From the NCBI GenBank assembly GCA_004431415.1, contig QPMI01000099.1, positions 124,001-188,000 on the forward strand: a stretch of 64,000 nt of DNA. Direction: 5' to 3'. A model generated the notes under the pieces. The model made no database searches. It worked only from the letters and a program-made list of their open reading frames with translations, and was not told the DNA's origin. A program made the position numbers and the translations under genes. The stretch is from Cyanophora paradoxa CCMP329 (taxonomy: Eukaryota; Plantae; Glaucophyta). Shown one piece after another: positions 1 through 12,480 of the stretch (the stretch's first letter is position 1; the number at the start of each line of letters is the position of its first letter).

Positions 1-1456
1 CACCCCAGCTCAAGCAACTGTAATTAAAGATTAGATCATTGCAGCCAGCCGCCGATCGCAAAGTGGGGACGCCAGGAGCTCCGACGATTAATATTGCAAT
101 TGCATGTGCTTTACACGCAGGGTCGGCCGAAGCACGCATTTCTGAACCCGAGCCACAAGAGTTAAGAATCCGATCCGCGCAGCCGACCGCCGATCGCAAC
201 ATGGGGACAGCAGACACCCCAACGACTTATATTGCAATTGCATGTGCTCTAAATGCAAGGCCGGCTGAAGCTCTCATTCTCGAACCCGAGCCACTATTAT
301 TTATAATCCGATCCGCGCAGCCAACCGTCGATCGCGACGTCGATGCTGGCACAGCTGACGCTCCGACGATTGATTAAATCATTGCAAGTACACTCAATGC
401 CGAAGCGGCTGAAGCTCCCAATTACGAACACGAGCCCCTAGAATTAAGAGATCGATCCACGCAGCCGGCCGTCGATCGCGACGCAGCAACGCCGGGAGCT
501 CCGCCAATAATATTACGATTGCAAGTGCACTAAATGCAGGGTCGGCTGACGCTCTCACTTCCGAACCCAAGCCACTTGAATAAGGAATCCGATCCGTGCA
601 GCCGGCTGCTGATTGCGACACAGGGACGGCCGACGCTCCAACGATTTAAATATATTGCAGCTTGGCAACTGCAGTTGCACAGAATGCAGGGTCGGCTGAA
701 GCTTAAGATCTCCACCCCAGCTCAAGCAACTGTAATTAAAGATTAGATCATTGCAGCCAGCCGCCGATCGCAAAGTGGGGACGCCAGGAGCTCCGACGAT
801 TAATATTGCAATTGCATGTGCTTTAAATGCAGGGTCAGCCGAAGCTCGCATTCCCGAACCCGAGCCACAAGAGTTAAGAATCCGATCCGCGCAGCCGGTC
901 GTCGATCGCGACGCATCAACGCCGGGAGCTCCGCCAATAATATTACGATTGCAAGTGCACTAAATGCAGGGTCGGCTGACGCTCTCACTTCCGAACCCAA
1001 GCCACTTGTATAAGGAATCCGATCCGTGCAGCCGGCTGCTGATTGCGACACAGGGACGGACGACGCTCCAACGATTTAAATATATTGCAGCTTGGCAACT
1101 GCAGTTGCACTGAATGTAGGGTCGGCTGAAGCTTAAGATCTCCACCCCCAACTCAAGCAACTGTAATTAAAGATTAGATCATTGCAGCCAGCCGCCGATC
1201 GCAAAGTGGGGACGCCAGGAGCTCCGACGATTAATATTGCAATTGCATGTGCTTTAAATGCAGGGTCAGCCGAAGCTCGCATTCCCGAACCCGAGCCACT
1301 ATTTTGTAGAATACGATCCGCGCAGCCGGCCGCCGATCGCGACGCAGGGACGGCCGATGCTCGAACGATTTATAATGCAATTGCATGTACATGTGCTCTT
1401 AATGCAAGGTCGGCTGAAGCTCTCATTCCCGAACCCGAGCCACTATTATTAAGAAT
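1..1456. repeat. Satellite array, block A (continues beyond the left edge)
   Basis: Tandem ~138-bp monomers (ATTGCAATTGCATGTGC...CAGGGTCGGC...CGATCCGCGCAGCCGG...). The anchor TTGCAGCC(A/G)GCCGCCGATCGCAAAG recurs at 39, 751 and 1182 (spacings 712 and 431). Confidence 0.97.
1440..1456. repeat. Left target-site duplication of the retrotransposon (partner at 9910-9926)
   Basis: Identical 17-mer CCACTATTATTAAGAAT on both sides of the insert. Confidence 0.93.
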
Positions 1457-4400
1457 GGGAGACGGGGTGTACCCCGAAAAAAAGGGGCCTTCTGAAAACG
1501 TCTTTCCTGATCGTGCAAAAGCGCGGCGGGACCAGCGGCTAGCGTAGAAGCATTCGGTAGCCCCTGGCGCGCCCGGCGGTATCGACATCAACGGAATTCC
1601 GGAGATGAAGGTATGCCGGCCGTCCTCTCGCGTTTCGCTCTAAATTCGGACCTTTCGCCACCAAATCCATGGAATAGAAGTTGTTCTCAGTCAGGGGAAG
1701 CCCTCTGTCGCGCGCCATGTTCCCGAAATTTGAATAGCTCCCGTGCCCCCGCTGCCTGCGCAAGCTCCCTCGCGGCGGTGTGCACATGCCCAGATCCTCT
1801 AAAACATAGACTTAGATCCCCCTCCGCCGCCGCGCACGTCCGTTCGGCCCGCCGGGAATTCGCTTGTTGCTCGCTGGCCCGCCGGGCGCCCACGGAATTT
1901 GATCTCCGACTTTCGAGTCGTGATTCGGAATGTCTCTTCGCCGATCGAGCTTTTCCCGGCCCCGGGTCAAGCTCCGGCGACTCAGTCGTGCCCGCAGTGC
2001 AAACGGTCCATGCCAGTTCCTGCCGGCGACCACGCCGCGCCCCGGATGTCGCCTTAGACTCTGAAAGAAGTGCTGCCGACGAATCCCTGCTGCCCTCGAG
2101 ATTGCACGTTGACGTTCACGTCTTCGGTGCGCAGAGCAGCCCAGCTGTGCATGCGTCGCTATCAGCCCACAGCCAGTACGACTGCCTGCAAGGCGAAGAC
2201 TTGTCCAAGGAAGCCCTTTCGACCTCGTCGCTGGCCCCGCGATCCGCCCGGCTGCGCATGCGCATGCGCGTGCCCCCAGCCAGCGGCCGTTGCCGCAGCG
2301 CTAGCCGGCGTCTAGATATCGATTTGATCATGAGCATCGCTAGCCACTGCCCTCGAGCTCTGTGCTCCCTCTGTGCTCCTCCCCGCTCAGGCTCTGTCAA
2401 CCGCACCATCGATATCTGCCCCGCTGGCCGTAGCTTTCCCGTGCACACCCGCGAGGGCACTGGGATGCAAAAAGTCCACGCATCTAATGTTACTAAATGA
2501 AAAAGAAAACTAAAGCTGCGGCCGCGGCCCCTGCCGCGGCAAAAGCAGCCCCAGCTACAAAGGCGCCCGGCAGCAAGCCGACGGGCCAAAAGAAACAAAA
2601 TGCGACTAAGCTGCAGCTGAACAAGAAGGCGGGGGGCGCGGGACCCGCGGCGGCTGCGACGCTCCGTCTGGCGAATGTCTTTCCCCCCAGACTGTTCCCC
2701 GAAGGCGGCGACTTCATAGGGGACGAGCCGGCTATCAGGAAGCAGAAACCGGACGGGGTGATGAGGGCCATGACCTTCAACACAAGAGGGTCCAGCGCCT
2801 ACAAGCTGCAGCAGCTAGAAGAGTTTTGCTGCCGCTGGGACGTCGATGTAGCGGGCGTGCAGGAGCTGTCGATGACAAGGCCCCAGATGGCCGCCGCCTT
2901 GAGGTCGAGAGGGGAGGACCCGCTCCAGCCGGAAGGCGCGATAACGCACGGAAAACTCCTGTACACGCTAAAATCAGGAGACGGAACGCGAGGGAGCGGC
3001 GCCGCTCTCTGGGTCGCGCCGCAATGGGTCAAGCACCTCACGACGAAGTACGAGGTCCAGGGCCGGCTGATCGGATTCGAGCTCCGCTTCAAAGGGAACC
3101 TCCAGCTCTTCGTGGCGAGCGTGTACATGCCCGCGTCCGAGAGCAAAGCTGCGCATCGCCAGGATCAGGAGAAGGTCATCGAAGAACTGACGAAGATGTA
3201 CGACGACTTCTACGAGCGTGAAAACGCGCACCTGCTGCTCCTGGGAGACTGGAACTCGGTCCCGGTCCCGTCGAGCTCGCGCATCCGAAACGGCGCCCTG
3301 GCCCAGAGCCACAAAGCCGAACGGAAGTGGTGGCACACGATGATCGACTCGTGGGACCTGCGCGACGCCGGGATGTCACACGCGGCGAAACATGATGACG
3401 GAACTCTCTGCGGAGCACGCGAGATCACGCACCGCACCCCGCACGGAAGCAAGGGCCAAGGGGCGTCGGTCGGGGCGGCGGCGGCACCTGTGCCGTCTGA
3501 CGACGTAGACGAGTCAGAGGGCGCGGAACGCGAAGCAGAGGAGGAAACGCCGGCGGACCTACCAAAAGATGCGCTCTGGCACGCGGCGCGCATCGATGCG
3601 GTGCTGGTCTCGGAATCACTGGATCACGCGCTCCTCAGCGCGCACACGTGCCCCGCGTGGGTCGATGCGCCGCACGACTCGGACCACTATCCAGCGTTCG
3701 CGGACTTCGACCTGAAGGAGGCGGGCATGACAGCGCCGGTGGGACCGAAGCCAGAACCGAAACCCGGGCCACCGGTGTTTGACCCGGACGGCCTGAAGCG
3801 CACGCAAAACGAGAAGGATGAGCTGAAACGAGAGCTAAACAGGCAGCTCGGCGAAGCCGTCGGGGCGGACCTTGACGCCGTCGGCGAGGGCACGCCGGAA
3901 GAGCGCCTCGAGCGGCTGAGCCGCATCCACGCTGCGAGCGCGAGCCTTGTTCAGGAGGTGGCAAAGGAACATCTATGCATGAGGGCCGAGGGGGAAACCG
4001 ACCAAGCCGCGCAACCTGCCGTGGCAGGCGAAGGCCGACGCCAGAGTTGCCCGCATTCTCGCTGCTTGGAGGAAGGAACCAGGCGGAATCCCGTCGGAGC
4101 TAACGGTCCAGGCGATCGAGAAGCTGCTGCACTACGTGACCGCCAGGGAAGGCCTCCGGCCCTTCCCGCTCCGTCCGGCTGAACGGCGCCAAGCGAGGGC
4201 TGAGCAAGGCTCACCGCCGCCCGGATCCCGGCACTCGAGCTCGCACAGCTCACAAGGCTCGAACAGCGGTAGCCCCGCGCCGGCCCCAGCCGTACCCCCC
4301 GGCTGATCATGAAGAGGACTGGGCCGAGGCGCATCGGCGGCAGCTCAAAGAGGACTGGGCGACCTTCTTCCGGGGGCTGAAAGTATGGCGAAACCGGACG

Positions 4401-7400
4401 CGGCACGACCTGCAGAAATTCCGCCGGGCGCTCCAGGCGGAGGACGTTGAGAGGGCATTAAAAGAGAGGCTAGACAAGTTCATGGACGGCCGCCAGCTCG
4501 GATCCTATATAGCCGCGGTGCTAGAAAAGCCGCGAAACCGCCCGATCATGCACATCACGCGTGTATCCAAGGACGGAAAAACGTATGAAATCTACACGGA
4601 GCCTGAGGAAGTGAAACGACTCTTAAAAGAGCACTGGCGGAAATGGTGCCGACGCCGACGCCCACGCGTGGGCTGCACCCCAGAGACAATACCGGAAAGC
4701 GCGCTGAAGGATAGCATGGGGAAAGAACTCCTCGATTTCTGGAGGCTGGAATACGAGCCAAAAGAATACGCGGACCCTGAACTATTCCGAAACGACATGA
4801 CGGTGCCGAGCGAAGGCGAGCTTGGCGACTACATTAAAACGCTAAGAAACACGGCAGCCGGGCCGTCTAACTTCTCGTATGCTATGGTAAAGTTCCTATG
4901 GCGCCGGTGCCCAAGCCGAAGCCCAAAGACGGTAAGGGCGACGAGGCCGGGGGCCCAGCGCCGGAGGGCCCGAGCCCAGCCGACGAGAGCGCCGAGGAGA
5001 CCGCGGAAGAGGAGCCCGTACACTGGGGCCGGAAGCTGCTGCTCTCGCTGGTGGCTGAAGCGATCCGCCTCCGGACCTACCGGATGCCGTGTGTCAGGGC
5101 AACATCCTCGGCATCACCAAGAGCCGGGAGTGGGACGGGGATATCGAAAATAACCTGCGACCAATCACCCTGCAGGAGGTGGCCCTGAAGCTGACCACTG
5201 GCCTCCTAAACGCGCGCCTGTCCCGGACAATCCATCAGAACGGGCTCCTGAAAGGGGCCAACTACGGCTTCAGACCTGGTTGCTCGACGGACGACGCCCT
5301 CCACGTCTTTAACGCAGTCCTCGAGGACGCGAAGGAGTTCAAGAAGCCCCTGTACATCCTGCTGCAGGATATCAGGCGAGCGTACGACTCCGTCTCGTGG
5401 GAGAGCATGGAGCTCTCGATGCGGAGGCTGAACGTACCCGAGGGGTACATCGAGCTCCACAGGAACATATTCCGGCGCCGCAGGGCGCGGGCAATCTCCG
5501 GTCACGGCCTCTCCGACGAGTTCGAGCTCGAGTGCGGGCTGCCGCAGGGCGGCGTCGAGTCGCCGCTGCACTGGCTGATCTTCTACGATGCCCTCCTCTG
5601 CGCGCAAGAGCGCCTGGATCAGCACGAGCGCCAGCACGGAAAGAAGACGGCAAAGACGATAGAGCACTATGCCCACCCCGAGAGCTGGGAGGAGCCGGCA
5701 CGGCGTACGTGATGGGAACCCGAGGGAGACCGATGCTGCGGAACGCGAGGGCCGGGCCCGCGTCAGCGGCGTGGCGTACGCCGACGACACGAAGTGGATG
5801 AGCGGAAGCATGCGGGGGCTGCAGGCCCAGGCCGACGTGGCCGGGGAGTTCTTCCGCCTGCACGATATCGAGGTCAACGCGCAGAAGACGATCTTCACGT
5901 GGAACAACGCACGTCGCGAGGTTGAGAGCAAACCTGGGGCCCACCCCGCCGCGAAGAAGAAGGAGAAGGAGCCCTCCCCGCCGAAGATCAACGGTACCCC
6001 CGTCGGACTTGTCCGCCAGCCCCACGAGCACTTCAAGCTCCTCGGGGTATACATGAGCGCAAACCTGAACTGGGATCGTCAGTGGCAGTACATCTGCGAT
6101 CAGGCGCGGGGCGCAGTCGCGCTGATAGAACGCAAGAAGCTCACCGCGAATGAGGCCTGCTACCTTGTCGAGGCCGTAGTACAGGCCCGCATCTCGTACG
6201 GCCTGAAGCTCATGACCCTGAGCGAGAGTCAGTGCCAGGAACTCGATCGCATTTGGATGCGGGTCGTCAAGCACCACGGGAACCTCGCCGCCTCGACGAC
6301 GAATTACGCGATCTGGAGCCACGGGGGGTACAGCCTCAAACGAACAGCCCACCTGCAAGCGGAGGCGCAAATCACAGAGGCTCAGATCCGGCTCTGCGCG
6401 CCCGAGGGCTCGCTGCTGGCCCGGGTTGTACGGCACCGGGTGCGCGCGCTGCAGGAGAAGCTTGGGGTGCCTCTGCTCCCGACCGAGTTCCTAAACGCGC
6501 CCGTTGCCAGCGACCTCGCCCGCGGGAACTCCCTGGCGGCGATCATGCCGCAAATGCAGCGCCGTAAGTACCGGCTGATGTCGAATCACGCGCGCTATGC
6601 GGCGTTCCGCACCTTGCCCGGGGCGGAGCCTTGGCCTGACCCGGAGCGCCTCGACCGGCGCTACGTCGTGGCAATGCACATCCCAAGATCCGTCTTCAGC
6701 GTCGCGGCCCCTGCCCTGTACGGGGCGGGCGTGACGACCATGGACGCGGTGACAGCAGCGGACGGCGAGACCCTGCGAACCTGGCAGGACCTGTACATGG
6801 GCGCGCCCAAGGGGACGCTGCAGAAGAGCGAGCCTGCGTGGTGGCGTGAGGTGGCGAACGCGCTCACGGTTGACGGGAAGAAGCTGCGGCACCCGATGCG
6901 GCGGGCGGGAGAGCGCGCGTCCGCCATGTCCTCGCTCCCCGGCGGGGCCCGGAAGGTGAAGTGGACGAAGGGCGCGTTCGTAGCCGTGTTTGAGGCGGAG
7001 CAGCTGCACGATGAATCTGCCGAGCCCCACGTGGGGCGAGTCGTTACGTTCAAGTCCGCGACGGGCAGCATACTAGCGTCGGAGTACCTGCTGGAGCACT
7101 GGGTGCCGGTGCCGAAGGGCGCGGACCCCGACGCGGAGAAAGAGGGACTCTACTGCCGGTGCGACGGTCACTGCCGGCACCCCGAAATAGAGGGGCGGAC
7201 AAGCACGTACACGGCGGTGCAGGGGACCGGGAAGCAGTACTGGCACCATGACGAACGGTGCACGCGCAATGCCCCGTCGCGCTGCCCCGAAATGAGTCAG
7301 TGCGACGGCTCGTGGGCGCACGGGAAGGGCTGGTGGGAGGAGGAGGATACCCTCCTCGCCTTGGAAGGCGAACCGACGGAGGAGACGCCGGCGGTAGCGG

Positions 7401-9909
7401 CGGGACAGGAGACGATGTCGAAGCGCGGGCGCAAGCAGGTCGCCCTGCGACCGACCTTGGAGTACTACGACCCGGGCCTGCGCACGCAAGACGACGAGAA
7501 GCGCAGGGCGCTGCTTCTCCAGGCCCGCGTGAAAGCCGTCCAAGATGGTGACGAGCGCTTCCTCCGTGAGCAGCTGAGCCCGGAGGCCGAGGCCGCGCTG
7601 CAGGCCGCGCTGGAAGTAGCTGCGGCGGCGGTGCCGGGCGCCGAGCCGCGGGACGAGGCACAACCTGTGTCCGACTCAGCAGAGCAAAGCGAGCTCTACT
7701 ACGCGGGCGGAGCGCCGCGCCACTGGACTCCCGGGCGGCGCAGGAAGGGGTCACCCTCACCGTTTACTGGCAGCACATGCTGGCAAATTGGGAGCAGATC
7801 GAAGAGGCGGAACTCGCGAAGCTCGGCCGTCGCCCGGGGAAACTCGAGCAGTGGATATGGACGGACGGGAGCCTGAAGAAGGGTCAGACGGAAGGGGCGC
7901 ACGCGGGCTTCGGCGTCGTGAGCCCGGCTGAGTTCCCGGACGGGACCGTGGCGAACCACCCGGAATGGGCAGGCACGTACGTTGGCAGGCTGCGCGGGCT
8001 TCTAGAGAACAACAAGGCTGAGCTCCAGGCTGCGATCGTCGCCGACGTGCTCGCGGCGCAGGGGGTGCGCCTGCACACGGACAGTCAGAACGTCTGCACG
8101 TGGTTCGATAAGTTCGTGCTGAATGCGCACGATATGCACATGCGAGACTACATCCGGAACACGTGCAGCGCGGAGCTGTATGCGTGGTCCAAGTTCCGCG
8201 CCCTGGTGATGGGACGGGATCGGCAGCGGCCGGCTGCGGTTATCAAGGTCAAGGCGCACAGCGACGAGGATATGCACGAGCTAAACGACGCCGCCGACAG
8301 AGCGGCCGATCAAGGCGCGCACCTGGAACAGGAGGAACTGGACGAGAACATCTTCCTGCCGCCCGAGTTCAGCATGCCGGCAGTGCTGACGATCGAGGGA
8401 CCGACCGGGATAGTCAGGCGAGTCGAAGGCGACCCCCGGCGGCACGCCGCTGTCCTTCACGCGCACCACACGCACTTCGCGTGGACGAACCAGCTCAAGG
8501 CCGGGGAGTGGCTACGGCTGCCAGTGGACCATGGGGCCGTGTACGATCAGATGGCTATGGGGCCCCGCCGAGTCGGGGTGAGCCGGGAGAGCAACTGCTT
8601 CCGGGGTACGCACATGAAACTCGTGTTGGGTACGGTGGCGACGGCCCTCGTCCGCAAGCGAGACGCGCCCGAGCTCTACAGCGAAGTGAACCCGGCAGGA
8701 CTCTGTGCGCTATGCAGCACGCGGGAAATCGATGGCGAAGGCCGGCCCCGGCTTGTGACTGGGCCCGAGGAGACGCTGGAGCACGTCCTCACCTGCCCCA
8801 GCGCGGTGGCGACGGAGGCGCGCACCGCTGCGGAAGCACGCATCGCAGCGACGGTCAGCGAGGCCCTCGAAGGCGCGCAGAAGCGATCAGTGCCACACGC
8901 GCTCTCCAGATCCCTGAAGGTCACGAGAGTAAACGACCCGACACTCACGGCGGCTGAACGGCAGGCGCAGATGTGCGTGCTGCGGGGGCTGCCCCCGGCG
9001 GGCCTCACCGACATGGTCCGCGAGACGGTCACGGACGACAAGAAAGCTGCCCAGGTCGTGCGCAAGCTGGCGACGGCCATAGGCGAGCAGGCCCATAAGA
9101 CGTGGGCCGCCAGATGCCAGGCGTACGCGGAGTGGGAGAAGGCGTGCGGGATCACGAAGGTCATGAAAGAACGTCGCGCCAAGGCGAAGCGCACTGGGGC
9201 GCGCGACCGCGAGGCTGATGCGCCGCCGGACGATACGGCTGGCAACGCTCGCAGGAAGCACGCGGATCCGGAGCCCCGGCAGCGGGAACGCTGCAGGGAG
9301 TGCGGTGCCCTCGAGTCCCGCCACCAGGGCGGGGAAACCCTAGCCCTCTCACACCTGAGCTGCCCGCCAGACGACTACGGCTGGGTCCGGGCTTCGGCGG
9401 CCATGCAAGTGTACGACCATACGAACAGGTATGCTTGGGGCGTGGGCACAAAGAGGGCGCGCCCGCGCTAGAGGGAGACACGGGGGTTTGCTGTCTGGGG
9501 CGGGGCCGGAGGACGCAACACCAACAACTGGAGGCGGCGGAGGCGACGGCAGGAGGCGGCCAGTAGCCCAATCTACTAGGGCTGGCGAGGAGCCTGGCAC
9601 ACGGCGCGGCGAGGCCCTTGGGCAGCGCTGGCGGCGGACGTACCATGATCGGGAGTCTTTTGTAGAGATAGGACCTCGTAGCCAGCAGTTTAGGTTAGTT
9701 TAGAAATCGATACAGCTAGCTTACACATCATTAGTATTAGGTGGAAACCTCTTTAGCTAGATATCCAGACACGAAACCTTCAAACCTTTCGTTCATTTTG
9801 TACTTCTAAAGCACAGCATACGACGGTCCTCGATAGTATCTAGTCGGAGAGATTTATTGGGCGATGTGAAACTCATTGTAGTTGTGTTGTGTGCTAATGC
9901 AAGAGTCGC
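1457..9909 (+). mobile_element. Non-LTR (LINE-type) retrotransposon with APE endonuclease, RT, RNase H and zinc knuckle, inserted in the satellite
   Basis: Flanked by the 17-bp direct repeat CCACTATTATTAAGAAT (1440-1456 and 9910-9926). The satellite resumes in register. It has a ~1-kb 5' leader, one long polyprotein region and a ~440-bp 3' UTR without poly(A). Confidence 0.95.
2497..9471 (+). pseudogene. Retrotransposon polyprotein (APE-RT-RNase H-CCHC), broken by several frameshifts in this assembly
   Basis: APE motifs: MTFNTRG, GVQE, LLGDWN, RIDAVL, SDHYP (2497-~3990). RT motifs: LRPITL, YGFRPG, QDIRRAYDSV, GLPQGGVESP, YADD, FKLLGV (5089-~6060). RNase H motifs: WTDGS, NNKAEL, HTDSQ, KVKAH, NDAAD. 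Zinc knuckle: CALC..ETLEHVLTC (7777-9471). The coding frame changes at roughly 3985, 4300, 4895, 5090, 5700 and 7750. Confidence 0.93.
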
Positions 9910-12480
9910 CCACTATTATTAAGAATCCGATCCACGCAGCCGGCCGTCGATCGCGACGTCGATGCTGGCACAGCCGACGCTCCGACGATTGATAAAATCA
10001 TTGCAAGTACACTCAATGCCGAATCAGCTTAAGCTCTCAATTTCGATCACGAGCCCCTAGAATTAAGAGATCGATCCGCGCAGCCGGCCGTCGATCGCGA
10101 CGCAGCTGCAGCAACGCCGGGAGCTCCGCCAATAATATTACGATTGCAAGTGCACTAAATGCAGGGTCGGCTGACGCTCTCACTTCCGAACCCAAGCCAC
10201 TTGAATTAAGAATCCGATCCGTGCAGCCGGCTGCTGATTGCGACACAGGGACGGCCGACGCTCCAACGATTTAAATATATTGCAGCTTGGCAACTGAAGT
10301 TGCACAGAATGCAGGGTCGGCTGAAGCTTAAGATCTCCACCCCCAACTCAAGCAACTGTAATTAAAGATTAGATCATTGCAGCCGGCCGCCGATCGCAAA
10401 GTGGGGACGCCAGGAGCTCCGACGATTAATATTGCAATTGCATGTGCTTTAAATGCAGGGTCGGCCGAAGCTCGCATTCCCAAACCCGAGCCACAAGAGT
10501 TAAGAATCCGATCCGCGCAGCCGGCCGCCGATCGTTACATGGGGACAGCAGACGACCCAACGACTTATATTGCAATTGCATGTGCTCTAAATGCAAGGCC
10601 GGCTGAAGCTCTCATTCCCGAACCCGAGCCACTATTATTTATAATCCGATCCGCGCAGCCAACCGTCGATCGCGACGTAGATGCTGGCACAGCTGACGCT
10701 CCGACGATTGATTAAATCATTGCAAGTACACTCAATGCCGAAGCAGCTGAAGCTCCCAATTTCGAACACGAGCCCCTAGAATTAAGAGATCGATCCGCGC
10801 AGCCGGCCGTAATCGCGCCGCAGCAACGCCGGGAGCTCCGCCAATAATATTACGATTGCAAGTGCACTAAATGCAGGGTCGGCTGACGCTCTCACTTCCG
10901 AACCCAAGCCACTTGAATTAAGAATCCGATCCGTGCAGCCGGCTGCTGATTGCGACACAGGGACGGCCGACGCTCCAACGATTTGTATTGCAACTTGGCA
11001 ACTGCAGTTGCACTGAATGCAGGGTCGGCTGAAGCTTAAGATCTCCACCCCCAACTCAAGCGACTGTAATTAAAGATTAGATCATTGCAGCCGGCCGCCG
11101 ATCGCAAAGTGGGGACGCCAGAAGCTCCGACAATTAATATTGCAAATGCCGCCGATCGCGACGCAGGGACGGCCGATGCTCGAACGATCTATATTGCAAA
11201 TGCATGCCATGATGTGCTCTAAATGCAAGGTCGGCTGAAGCTCTCATTCCCGAACTCGATCCACTTGAATAAAGAATCCGATCCGTGCAGCCGGATGCTG
11301 ATTGCGACACAGGGACGGCCGACGCTCCGACGATTGATAAAATCATTGCAAGTACACTCAATGCCGAATCAGCTGAAGCTCTAAATTTCGAACACGAGCC
11401 CCTAGAATTAAGAATCCGATCCGCGCAGCCGGTCGTCGATCGCGACGCAGCAACGCCGGGAGCTCCGCCAATAATATTACGATTGCAAGTGCACTAAATG
11501 CAGGGTCGGCTGACGCTCTCACTTCCGAACCCAAGCCACTTGAATAAGGAATGCGATCCGCGCAGCCGGCTGCTGATTGCGACACAGGGACGGCCGACGC
11601 TCCAACGATATAAATATATTGCAGGTTGGCCACTGCAGTTGCACTGAATGCAGGGTCGGCTGAAGCTTAAGATCTCCACCCCCAACTCAAGCGACTGTAA
11701 TTAAAGATTAGATCATTGCAGCCAGCCGCCGATCGCAAAGTGGGGACGCCAGGAGCTCCGACGATTAATATTGCAATTGCATGTGCTTTAAATGCAGGGT
11801 CGGCCGAAGCACTCATTTCTGAACCCGAGCCACAAGAGTTAAGAATCCGATCCGCGCAGCCGGCCGCCGATCGTTACATGGGGACAGCAGACGACCCAAC
11901 GACTTATATTGCAATTGCATGTGCTCTAAATGCAAGGCCGGCTGAAGCTCTCATTCCCGAACCCGAGCCACTATTATTTAGATTTCGATCCGCGCAGCCA
12001 ACCGTAGATCGCGACGTAGATGCTGGCACAGCTGACGCTCCGACGATTGATTAAATCATTGCAAGTATACTCAATGCCGAAGCAGCTGAAGCTCCCAATT
12101 TCGAACACGAGCCCCTAGAATTAAGAGATCGATCCGCGCAGCCGGCCGTAATCGCGCCGCAGCAACGCCGGGAGCTCCGCCAATAATATTACGATTGCAA
12201 GTGCACTAAATGCAGGGTCGGCTGACGCTCTCACTTCCGAACCCAAGCCACTTGAATTAAGAATCCGAACCGTGCAGCCGGCTGCTGATTGCGACACAGG
12301 GACGGCCGACGCTCCAACGATTTAAATATATTGCAACTTGGCAACTGCAGTTGCACTGAATGCAGGGTCGGCTGAAGCTTAAGATCTCCACCCCCAACTC
12401 AAGCGACTGTAATTAAAGATTAGATCATTGCAGCCGGCCGCCGATCGCAAAGTGGGGACGCCAGAAGCTCCGACGATTAA
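9910..12480. repeat. Satellite array, block B
   Basis: Same monomers; anchors at 10377, 11087, 11716 and 12428. Confidence 0.97.

Noticed and set aside
534-720. Hammerhead ribozyme in the satellite monomer
   Set aside because: CTGA is present, but the CTGANGA and GAAA core boxes are not.
1457-1570. HDV-like ribozyme at the retrotransposon 5' end
   Set aside because: A P1-like pairing exists, but I could not place P2, P3 and L3 in the required order. A covariance-model search would be needed.
1613-2500. 295-aa ORF as retrotransposon ORF1/gag
   Set aside because: No zinc knuckle, RRM or coiled coil; the composition is typical of a chance GC-rich frame.
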